Assembly: GCF_035594765.1 (NCBI RefSeq)
Contig: NC_085844.1
Span: 186,388,107 to 186,452,106, forward strand
Reading direction: 5' to 3'
Source of the DNA: Anolis carolinensis
Taxonomy: Eukaryota
Length of the DNA: 64,000 nucleotides
Part shown: positions 40,101 to 53,000 of the stretch, one piece after another
Numbering within the stretch: the first letter of the stretch is position 1
How the letters are laid out: every line of letters begins with the position of its first letter
Program-made: the position numbers and the translations under genes
The notes under the pieces: model-generated
What the model was told of the DNA's origin: nothing
What the model saw: only the letters and a program-made list of their open reading frames with translations
Databases searched by the model: none

Positions 40101-41039
40101 GAGATGGCTGGATATGCTTGGAAAGAGGTGAACAACCATGTCCAACTAGGATATGAGCACATGCAGAGCAAGGGTGTGCATGCACAAGGTGCCAACATCA
40201 GACGGCCTACACCTGCTCACGAATGAACGGCAGGGAAAAAGGGTGTGCCGATAAACTTAGAGAGGCAGGGAATATATCAAACCTACTCCTTTCCCCAGCA
40301 TATTTGTGACTGCACCTGTTGAAATGGTGAAATATGGCCTAAAAGATACAAATGTGAGACTTACCCTGGTCTAGCGGCCCCTGCTATAGAGCCACAGTTG
40401 TCCTTTCATTCCACGTGTCTCTAGCTATTTGTTTGAATCTCCCAATTCTCCCTCTCATACTGAAGTGAGAGCCATATGGCACTTTTGTTTATATGCAATC
40501 AGAGACACTTACTGGACTGTGCTGTCCGGGCTTCCAAAACTGGGGTATACACTCCCAGGCCCAGCTCAGAACGGGCTCCCAGTTGGAACTTGTAGAGTGT
40601 GTCTGGCTTGAGTCCTTCAACTGCATATGATGAAGTCTGATCAAACTCCACTTTATGCTAGAAAAGGCAAGAGACATGTTTTCTTTTTATATGAGTTGAA
40701 ATTAAGAAAGAGTATGGCCTTTGGTGTTATTTCATCTCACTCCCATTACAGCCCTGGACCAGTGTTGTAGTCATGAGATTATACAATTCTAAACATGTGT
40801 GTACTGAACAAACGCCCAGGGCACTGCATTTCTGTGGGAAAACGTCCACTTTTACACCTATTCAATGCTAGAGTATGTTCAATAGGCAATAAGGAAATGG
40901 TAAAAAAAGTTCTTCCCAACCACCCTAAGTCCCTACAGGGACATGGAGCGGGATATAAATAAAGTATTATTATTGACATAAAGACGTAATATGGCAATTA
41001 TTATTATTATTATTACTATTATTATTATTATTATTATTA

Positions 41040-41070
<31 letters not shown>

Positions 41071-44000
41071 CTCTTCCCTCAAGCTAAAATACTGTTCCTC
41101 CCACTACAACATGCTGTAATCTGCAATTCTATGTACAGTAAAGTCTCACTTATCCAACACCCGCTTATCCAACATTCTGGATTATCCAACGCAGTCTGCC
41201 TTTTAGTAGTCAATGTTTTTGTAGTCAAATTTTTCAATACATTGTGATGTTTTGGTGCTAAATTCGTAAATACAGTAATTACTACATAACATTGCTGTGT
41301 ATTGAACTGCTTTTTCTTTCAAATTTGTCGTTAAACATGATGTTTTGGTGCTTAATTTGTAAAATCATAATGTAATTTGATGTTTAATAGGCTTTTCCTT
41401 AATCCCTCCTTATTATCCAACATATTCGCTTATCCAACGTTCTGCCGGCCCATTTATGTTGGATAAGTGAGACTCTACTGTAGTTTATTTACTGTATTTA
41501 TGCAGAGCTTTTCTCACTCAGAAGGGGACTCTATATAGCCATAATACAAAACGGATAAAGTTAAAACACAGACGTAAATCTATGATTGTAATAGCAGTCA
41601 GTGGGATTTGCCTTGTATTAAGTTACTGCATCTGGCTTATTCCAGGATCTAATATAGATTCCTCAGGGCAAGTGGTCCTGGACAGAATGGTATACGTACG
41701 TTTCAACTTTCAACCAATTTCAACAAACACTTAGAAACAAGCAACACTGACCACAGAATCCACTTCTATCCAGTGGCCACTTCTGGAAGCGAAAATAAAA
41801 TGCAGATCAACAACCCCTGCCCAGTGAGAGGATATAAATTGGTTCTTTCAATCAATTAAAAAAAAAACCATTGGATGAATGAGGTGGATTAAAACAAATT
41901 CTATTGAGACAGCATTGAAATTAAACTGTGACTGGTCTTAATTTTGGAGATACAATGTAAGAGGCATAAGGACCAGCCATCTGATTGATAACCTTTGATG
42001 TCTGAAATATTCATACAGAAATATGGTTTTGCTATTTTGACATGGTCAGGGATTCATTTGGCCTCTGTCTTCTCACATTGGAAGACTATACTGGTGTTAA
42101 GTTGAATTGAGTTCGAATGAAAATTACTTCTGCATGAACATAACATTTCTCCATGAAATTAGACCCATGTACAACACAAGGTGATGTTATAAGATGTGTC
42201 CTGTACCCAGAATCAACTTTGACATGGGTCTTTAATTAACTATGTATGAAGATGGCTCTCACCTGTACCCCATCAGCTGCTTCCCAGTATACCAGCTCAT
42301 ACTTGCTGATGCGCTCCTGAGAGGCTGGCAGCCAAGTCAGCATAATTCGTGTGTCAGACTCTGCCTCAGCTTGGAAGTCAGCTGGTTGGGCTGGAACTGG
42401 AGATCAATAAAGCAAGAGTGAAGGGGAGAGGAAGGGATTCTCTGAAAGATTTGGGAAATTTTATTTCTCCTCAGCTCCAAGTTCAAGAAAAGACAGCTAT
42501 GTTCTTTTTAGACTAATGATTTATGCCTATATCACTTGTGAGCTATGCAGACATCCCTTTCTTATAAATAACATGTTTATGAATTCACAATGCTAATGAC
42601 AGAATTAGTAAACTAAGTGATCAAAAGCTGTCCATCAATCTCCCCATTGGGCGCTCAGTCTGTCTCTGAATAACACCACATTCATGATTTTGAGTTCATA
42701 ACATTGGATCCTGGAGATATCAGAGTAGAATAGAGCTCAGAGGGCATACTATTCAAACCAACATGCATGCATATATACTCACCACCTTGCTGGGTTTTGA
42801 CTTGGATGATTTCAGATGGAGGCCCATCACCAACGGAGGTGAAAGCCAAGACACGGATACTATACGTAGTCCCAGTTATTAAGCTGCCCACAGTGGTGAG
42901 ATGACTGTCATCGGTGTTATGCTTTTGCCACATACTGAGTGGCAGGTGTGAGTCAATGGTGTAATACACTCGATAGCCACGAATCAGACCATTGGGTTCT
43001 TCAGGCTGTTCCCACTGCACCAGCATGGTGCTGGCACTCAGCATCCGTGCCTGCACTTTCAGGGGTGCACTTGACGGAGCCTGCTCTCCTGTTCTTGCCT
43101 CAACCAGTTCACTTGGAGGACTTCTGCCAATGTTGTTTACAGAAATAATACGAAACTCATACTCTGAGAAGGGGCTTAGTCCACCAATGCTGTAACGGGT
43201 GGTTGCCACACTATCCACTTCTTGGAAAGTCCCTTCCAAAGACTTGGGCTTATACTGAATGACATAGTAGGAGATAGGATCAGCATTTCCTGAGTCCCAG
43301 GTGAGAGTCACACTAGTGGCAGTAGTCTCAGTCACTAATGTGTCTATTGGTGGCTTTGGCAGGGCTGGAAATAAAAGGGGAAGCTGTTAGTTATTTGATT
43401 GATGTATGTGCTACAATATGCAGAGCTATAAAGTAGGTTCAAACTCTTACTAATATTTTTATTTAAAAGCAGAAATCATTTCATAGTCAGCAACGTACAT
43501 TTTTATATTACATATTAACATATATTGCTTGAAGTGCTTCTTAATGGAAGAGTAAACATAGCAATCATGTCATTAGATGTGCTCAAAGCACTTGCTAGCA
43601 GCTGGTTAAATAAAGGTAATTTAAGGAAGATCTGTTCAGGTTCTCCAAGGGGAAAGGGGTTCTTTAGTTGGGGCACATTTGAGGAAACCATGTTCAGGAT
43701 CAACATCAAGGACAATTGTAGCTCCATCTGTAATCCTGTTATAAAAGCAACAGGAGTTTGAGCTGCAGGAGCATCTGGCTGCTAATATTTTAAAGAATCC
43801 CAGGCAATGTCAACTTCAAGTATTGAGAGAAAGGCATAACTACTCCAGCACAACTGCTATATAGCCAGAGAATAAGAGTGCATCCACATGTAATGTGGTC
43901 TTCCGCTTCTCCTACTGTCTTCTATCTTGCCAATAATTATTTTATTTTCTAGTGGATCATGACTTTTCATGATATGGCCAAAATATGACTATTTAATCAT

Positions 44001-47000
44001 CCTGACCACATTATCTGTAGAACTCTTCTCCAGCACCACATTTCAAATGAGTTGATTGTCTTCCTATCGGTTTTCTTCACTGTCAGATTTCACAATCACA
44101 TACAGACATACACTAAGGTATTTCTGTGTGTTGGCTGTTTAACTGGGTCACAGCTAAGTGCCAGACAAACACTTATGATTACGAAACTAAATTCTTTCTC
44201 CCAGCATCTGACGGAGTCTCTCTATCTTCCATACTGATTATCCCTTGGAGTTGAATTAGCGTAAATATTGAATCACATTAGTTATGTAGATGCTAGCCTG
44301 GCCAACAGAAATGAAAAAATGGCACCCGTTCAGGGTCTATTAAGTGAGCCAACACTGATATACCACCCATACAAAGCTGAAAACCAAATAACAGACGCGA
44401 TTAATTACCATCTCTCTCCATGGAGATGCTAATGGAGAGATCACTGCCAGGTATGTCTCCATGAGACTTCCTTTATTACTTTGACATATGGGTATTTTAC
44501 CTAGCACAGAATGAAAGGTGTCTGTATTTTACAAGAAACAACATGAGAAGGATAGGAGACAAATGTTAGGTCATATAAACAAAGAACAAATGTGGGCATG
44601 CTTTCTAAAAGTCTCATGACCAGTGTCTGAGTCAGTATTCATTCTTAATCTGAAAATAAAAGAAAATTCTACAGTAGTTTAGCTACTGTATTGTTTGGTG
44701 ACTGTCAACAATAAACAAGTGAATATAATTTAGGTAAGGGTAAGAACAGATTGATGGAACTCTGTAGCTATATCACAACCAAAAATTTAGTCACAGCCAC
44801 ATTTCAAGCTACCATGTGGCACTGAGGGATGTTTAAGCACAGAGCTTCTTACCTTTTACAGTGATCTGAGCTGTTGCATGAATTACACCCAGTGAAGACA
44901 TTGCTTCGCAGGTATAGTTGGCTGATTGAGTGATATTGGTCAGCTCTAGAACATTCCTGCCCAATGGCATGTCATCTTCTTTTGTCAGCTCCACATCCCC
45001 AGCAATCCACTTCACATAGGGCATTGGGGACCCCACTGCTACACATGTGAGATTCACGCTCCCTCCAGGCATCACCTCATGGTTGCTTGGAGGGATTGAA
45101 AATCGAGGTGGCACACGTCGCACTGAAACAAGGAACAGACAACTAGTAGGGTCACAGCCTAGGTTGTTGGCATTCATTAGCTTCACATCTGGGGGGAAGG
45201 GGGGGGGGAGGATCAACATTTTTCTTAAGAGGTAGCAAAGAAATCAAGAAAAACATAATCCTGTGAAAGCTGTTTACTTTTCTGCCAGACTTGATGCTCA
45301 TGATTCTCCTCTTTGAGCCACTGGCAGTTCTATGAGGTATCCAACAGTAGAGCTGGCAATGTTTCCACCTTTCTTTCACCAAGCCTGATATCTGACCCTT
45401 AAAGATATCTCTCTTTCAGTGACATCCTACTAATTAGAAAACAGGTTCACTTCTTGTGAACACAGTGCAGTGAATCTCTTCTAGATGGAGCCACCTGCTC
45501 AATTGCTTAGTTTTCACAGCAAAGCAATCAGCAAGCCAAACCTATTTCGCAGAGGCTTTCCTTTTTAAATTACTGCATGCGTTCCCACTTGCCAAAACAG
45601 CTTTCCTATGGTGATGCAGCAGTAAACGTGGGCACCCTCACAGCCAGATAATACCATTTTACTAAGTAGGACTTTGTCTTAACAGATAGAAGAGCAGATC
45701 CAAGCTGGCAGCAGAGTGCCTGGCTGATGGGCCACCTCCCCATCTTTGGGGACCGTACTCCAGGAGACAAATCACTCCTCATTTCACCATGCAACACTTC
45801 CTTGTATTGCATTCAGCTTGGTTGTAGGCAAACCTTCAGATCCACTAAAGCTCCCTGGCTGTAGCTGCTGCATGTACTTCAGTCAAGGAATTGACATTGA
45901 GAAATGAGACTTCTTATCTACGGCTAGTGTTGTGGGCCAATTTAAGGTGGAATAGAGAAACACAACAGAGGACTATAAATCTTTGACTTCTCTGAGCAAA
46001 CTCATTTCAGGTTTTATTTAAAAGGGGGGAAACACTGTAATGTGTATCTTCGGAGAAGCCTGTTTCTCTCCAATAGATACATCAGAGAGCATCTGTAGAA
46101 AGCCTTCTGCTCCTCTCTAATACCACACAGCGTCTCCATTTCACACAATCAAAGCTGGATGACGAGGGTGGGGTCTATTGAGAGTTAGTGAGGCAGACAA
46201 TTTTGTTAGAGAGATGGGAGATACTTGCTCAGGGGCCAGAGCCCACTGGGAGCACATCATGTTGGGCTTCCTCCTGTGCCATCTCGAGCACAACAAAAAC
46301 TTGTTAGAAACAGGGCAGCTGCTGACAGACGTGCTGACAAGACTCAGCTCAGGCTGACAAGCTGACACTTCCCTTAATCAAATTTTGCATGAGCTCTCTT
46401 TGATGATTCATTCCCAAACCAGCAGACTCACAAAACAGACTGAACACAGAAACCCCTGCAGTAACATGTACAACAGAGTGAGGGGTTTGGGGACCATTTC
46501 TACAGTACTATCAACAGTGTGTGCCTACTACACACTGCTGCTGAGACAAAATGGGGCTCATTAGCTGCCTTACCAGCTTTTTTTTTTTGAGAGGGGGAGA
46601 TGACAATGTGCATGTTTTCAATTGTCTCCATTTATAGTTTTGCCATTTGTTTCTATTAAGCAATTATTTAATCTCAGATCAATAGTTACCAGTGAGAGGT
46701 TTGATATCTGGCTGGCAGAAACGCCCTCCCCAAAAAGACAAATTAAAGCAAACCAGTGATCTGACACAGTTATGAGGATACCCAGGTACTAGATGGACAT
46801 GACAATGGGTCAACATGATGAGGTGGTTGTCCAACGAAGCCTGGTTATGACTGGCAAGAGACTCTTCTGCTAACATAATGGACATGGTACTAAGCCAGCA
46901 CAGGAAGAGACTGTTCGCATGTTGGATCTCAATCCGGAGAAACCAATCAACTTCCCACCCGCTAACAAAACTGGTCTCAAAAAAGCGCAAGTTCAGGAAT

Positions 47001-50000
47001 AATGCTACCGACCTGTGTGTGGAAAACATTCATTGATTTGACATGCACCAGTCAGGCAAGAGGCCAGGTATGGGAAAAAGCAGCTATTTAAAAAAAGAAC
47101 TGAGTGGGGGCAGGTGAAAATGCACAGATATGCAGGCACTGGACAGAGGAATGAGACTGACAGGAATCCATGCAGAAGGACCCAAAGGAGTCTGTGGCAT
47201 GCAAGGGCTGTGTTTGTCATCCACTCCAGTGAGAATCAGGCAAATTAGTTCCTACAAACACCTGTGTTTACCGAAGCCACCCTTAAAGGCATGCAAAAAC
47301 AGAAGTTAGAATTAGAATTAGTCCCCACCCAAACAACACTGCCTGACATATCTCTCAGACATTAGTCCCCAGCTGTCTCCTCTGTGGGAGTAAAAGAACC
47401 TGTCAGGACCATGCTTGGAAAGAAAGAACACAGCTTGTGAATCTGCCGATAAGCTTTTTAGTTCATTCAGCAAAGTGCTATCGAGAAAACCTCTTGCCCT
47501 TTTTGAAAGCTCCTGTTTATTATTCTAGCGGCAAGGGAAGAGAAAAGGTTATTTTGACAATGTATCAGATATGGGTCCTTTCTAGCCCAGCCATGGGATG
47601 AATGGCAATGAAAATCTGTCTTCCTGCCCCAATTCCTGTACAAAACTAAGCACATTTGAAGACAGGCTGCAGGCGAGCCCTGTCTCCAAGGTTTGGTTAC
47701 CCAGAGATAGGATCTGGGGATGGAGGGGGAAAATAACATTCGATCAGACAATTCAGCCAAATGCCAATCTTACGACTAAGCACTGACAGACATCTCCCAA
47801 TAGCCAGCACTGACACTAAGCTGATGTCCCCTTTTTTCTACCAGCACCCTCGTATTGTAGCAACATTTCTAGATTGGTGACAGAAAAAAAGGTGGCCGGA
47901 TGAGGTTGTCATACCTCGTTAATTTTTGAGCTCTGCATTCTCTATAAATGTTCTCCGTCATGGCATTGCTCCACTAATAGTTTAGGCAAATAACTGTGAC
48001 TCGACAGACTGATGTCCAATCACTCTAAATAAGATAAAAATTGTGTAGTACAGCCAAAAGAAGCTGATTCTGTTGCCCAGAAGGTGGAAAGGATCTCCTT
48101 TCTCACTGACAGGCAGAGGAATGATGGGTACAGGTTTCAACAACTGCTAATCTGAAGCTTTTCCTCTCTCCCTGGCACCTCCTTGTTGTCTTCCAATGTT
48201 ATTGCAAATACTTAAATAAAACTGCAGTAGGCGGGGATGAGGTGGAAGTGGGTGGAACAGGGTCCAGGAACTGGAGGCTCAGAAGTAAAGCAGTTCTCTT
48301 CTGTTCTTTCTTCTTCCATTAAACCAAACACTTGTAATACATAAATAATAGTTGGAAGGGTGAGCACAGAGATACTACTGTCAATCCAGGCTAGATTATA
48401 ATCTAAAATGACTGCCTGGAAAACTGATAAATGAGGTAGATTCCAGCCCAACATCACCATATCACTCTATGGTAACTGGCACTTTCTTTGTATGCTGAAC
48501 TCCATGGGATATGGAATGGGTCTTTCAGTCAATGTTAGATTGCTCCAATTTGGCGAGGGTAGAGCACATTGTATCCACAGGCAAGCATGTGGATCTGGCT
48601 TCCATGAGGATCTTATCACATTAGGAGCTATACATTTGCCTGTTTCAGGAACCTGCTGGAATCCTTTCCTGATTTACAAAGTAAAATAGAAGGCCAAATT
48701 GACTGAGATGCACCCTAATTTTATCAATATTTTCACAAATCATGCCACACATGTTTGGGGGTCAGGAGATTCATTCTTCTTGAGTAAAAACAGAAGCAGG
48801 CAACTTGAATCATGAATGTCTATGGCCAATGATGTCCAAGGTTTCTTTTAGCAGATTACATAGCATCCAGTTCACTGCCATTTATCCTTAGGAATGAAAC
48901 AACGCATGGCTTGCAAAAAATGAACAATCCAAGAAACCTTCCCACTGAGAAGAAAGCATGCAGTTTGGGCAATCATTTGGCACTTAAAGTGGAAAGTAAG
49001 TGATAAAGCATATCCTGAATCATCACACAGCAGTGGACATGGGAAGAGCACACCAACAGAGACCAGATCTACATTTTAGGAGGTGGGGAGGAGAGAAGTA
49101 GGCAATACTGCGTAGAAAAGTGTTAATAATTTAGCATGCATTAGTGTGCACCCTCCCTGCATCCAGAGCAAATGGGCACAGATCAATCACCCTACTCCTC
49201 TCATATTTGAGCAGCTGCTTCTTGAATTTCATCAAACACTGAGGTCATCTCATTAAAAGTCCTCCTGCTGCTGCATTTCTGCTTCCATTTTGGGATATGG
49301 GCACTAAGCCATTGCTTAAAGCCAGAGAGTTATACTATCTATTAAATTATTGCAGTGAGGTTAGAAAGAAGCAGTGTTACTGGAAAAGATGAACAGAGAG
49401 GCACAGATTCAAATTGAAAGTGAAGGCCATCAGTCAGTCAACATTTCTTGAAGTGAAGTGTGAATTCAGACAACCAATTTTCATGTTACATGGAGTGCTA
49501 TTGTAGTTGTTGCTGTTTTCGCTCCTTACTCAACATTAGGATTGATGTTAGATCATGTTAAACAGCTTTAAAAACCAACTGGTGACATTGTGGCATACTT
49601 CTTGGATAAATTTTAGCTCTCAGACTTTGAGCTCTTCACATAGTTTGACGGCAAGATCCCACATACAAATCCCACTTCATCTCCTACAGGCATTACATTT
49701 GCCTTATTTTGCTACATCTTCCAGTCATATGCTATTTTAGGGATCTTCATGGTTGATTAAAGTTCAGTTCCCTTCAACAGTTCTGAAATCTTGGTGTCTT
49801 TGTGGACAAAAAGTTGAACATGAGTCATCAAAAAGTTGAACATGAGTTAGGTGTGATGCAGCACTTTAAAAAGCCAATGGGATTTTGAGCTGCATCAAAA
49901 GAAATATAGTGTCTAGATCGAGAGAAGTCATGGTTCCTCTCTATTCTGCTGTGTCCAAATCTGGGCACCACAGTTCAAAACAGATATTGACAAGCTGGAA

Positions 50001-53000
50001 GGTGTCCAGAGGAGGTCAACTAAAATGATCGAAGTTCTGGAGACCATGCCATATGAGAAACGTCTTAAAGAACTGAGTATGTTTAGCTTGCAGAAGAGAA
50101 GGTTGAGAGGAGACATGATAGCCATGTATAAATATGTAAAAGGATGCCATAAGGATGAGGGTGCAGGCTTGTTTTCTGCTGCCCTGGAAACTAGGACTAG
50201 GAGCAATGGGTTCATATTACAGGAAAGGAGATTCCACCTGAACACTAGGAAGAACTTTCTGACTGTAAGAGCTATTAAGCAGTGGGACTCTCTGCCTCGG
50301 AGTGTGGTGGAAGCTCCTTCCTTGGAGGCTTTTAAACAGAGGCTGGATAGTCATCTGGCAGAGGTACTTTGATTGTGCTTTCCCCGCATGACAGGGAGTT
50401 GGACTAGATGTGGTTTCTTCCAACACTATTATTCCATGGTTTTGTGAAATAATAATTATTATCCAAACGGAAATCTCATGTGTTTGGCACAAATCATATT
50501 TTAGGCCAAAGTATGATTTTACTGAATTATTACTCTAATTTTGATTTTGAGGGACAATCCATGGAAACATAACCACTTCTTTGTTTAGCAACAGCTGTCT
50601 CCTTTGCTCTCCATGCCAAAAATACTTACCTTTTTCCCCAGCCGTTTTATAAATGGCATGAATCAGGCTCTGACATGCTGCACAACTATATAACTTTGCC
50701 ATCTGGGCCAGCTTGCATCCATGGTTTTGGATTTGCAGGAAAGCTGGGCTAAAGCACTGGTGATTGGTCATTTCCCTTATATTGTCCAATGTCCAGTGTT
50801 CTTAGTTTATCCTGCCAACATCACATACTTTTGGAGGGTGGAGGTGACACAAATTGAAAATAGAATCAGGCATATTTGGATAACTCCTCCACCCCTTTTT
50901 TCCTGCTTATCACTATCCTCTTGAACTAAATCTCTTGATGGAAAGATTGCTCATGGAGCTTCATAATCTATTGACAGAATCACCAGCAGGAGGGAAATGA
51001 CTGGAAGAAGGAAAATGCATTTGGAGTCTAATCTCCTCCTCAAACAATGCTGCACTATTTATGTTCTCAGTGCATTCCTGAATGCTGACATTTTATAGAC
51101 AATTTCCAAAACAGGGTTTAGCCACTTTGGATTATATTTCAGCTATAACTTTTAGGACTAATTATTTGTACTGACAACCCTATACAAAAAAGGATCTATC
51201 ATTGCATCAGCAGAGTGCCAACGAGCCATCACAGTTCGACATGGTGACACACTAATAGCAAAGCAAGGGAGAGGCACTGTGCCACTCTGAAATTTGCATT
51301 CATTTACTTCTGAAAAACACAGCAGTTAGGGGAGGGGGAAGGAAAAAAATGCTGTATCAAGATTCTTTAATAAATAACCTAGTAGCAATTATAGAGTAAT
51401 AATTAAATGCACAGATGAACAGTACATAGTTGTAAGTAAAGCTAGGGTGGAAAAAAATCTAAGATATAATTATAAGTGCCAAACAAATGATAATTCCTTA
51501 AATATCCTACTGGAATGGTTAATACCTTATGTATTTCTTTTCATTATGCCTTCTGCCTGGGGGCATATATGGTGCTAAATGACACCTATTTTTGTCTGGC
51601 CAAGACTATTTCACATATGGCAATTTTGTACAAGGCTGTTGGACAACATGTATATTTGGGAGTCTCTTTGAAAAACAAATCAGCTTGGGTTTTTTTTTTT
51701 GCAAAATGTTTGCAAATCTAGAAGCTGCTGTGGTTTCAAAGTAAAAGAAAAGACAGTTGCATGATTTCCATGTGTGAAGGCATAAACTTTTATCCTAAAT
51801 CTGGAATTTTGTTAAAAAGTGAAGTAGCCCTAAGTGACCGTCTGTCAGCCAAGCCTGATAATGCTGATACATGCCTGAGAATCCCACTGAAATAAGGAAT
51901 TTAATTTCTTTGCATTATTGACCTTGTAAAAGCACCAGGCATGGAGAATCTATGCAGCTTTAGGTTATTTTCACAATTTTCCAGCTTCCTTCTCTGCTCA
52001 ACTGCATGTGATTTTGTCCTCAACAAGCCCTTATTCAGTTTAGACTGGACACAAGAAAACTTTCTCACCCCACTGCTCTCTAAGGGGAACATATTTAGAG
52101 ATGGATAATGAGAACAAAAGCTACTGCTCTGGGACAACTGCAATAGCAGCTCATTAAACATGCTCTAATTACAATCCTAATGAAGTATAGTTGTCAGTAG
52201 GATGAAGGGAGGTCTCTGTTTAAGGGCAAGGCCAAACAGATGCTTCTGAACAGCATTTTAGTACTACTGTATTAAACCAGAAGCACAAGAGTGCAAACAC
52301 TTTATAAAAGCAAGTGCTTTTTAATGCAGACACCAACCACAAGTCCTGGCATGCAGAAAGCTCTATCCATTAGCCCTGCAATCACTACCAATAGAAAGGT
52401 ACAACTGCAGTTTAGTCTGGTCTAAATGTTTTGGGGTTGCTCTTTGGTGGTCCAGGACCTCATTTGCTCCTCAAGTATGGCCAGCATTTCACATCCTCTG
52501 TTGCTGCTGTTGCTACTTCTAGCTGGACACAGAGCTCCATCCAAGTTCCTGGCCATCATGGATTCCTCTACTGACATCAAAACAGAGCGCCTGTATGACC
52601 AGCAAGAAGGAGGGAAGCACTTCTCTCCTTCTTCCTGGTTGCACGGATGCCCCTGCTGATGTCAGAACATTGCACCTGCTGATGAAAGCAGGGAAAGGTG
52701 ATAGTGTCTAGTCTGGACAGCATTTCATACCCAGTCCTACTGTCCAAACTTATCTGAAGCTATGGGATACTCCTGGATTTCTAGCAAACTCCAGAGTATT
52801 CCTGGGCTTTGTCCAAAGCAGGGTAAAGTCAATTTAAAGCACACACCAAAAAATCCTATGATCATCACCAAACGTCACTGTATGTTATGGGGACAGCCAG
52901 CCTTCCATTTGGGTTTATTTGCAAGTATAAACAAGCCCTAAGCCTTTTTTCAAAAACTGCTGTGTAGATATACACATAACTCCCAGTATTATTAGCTCTT

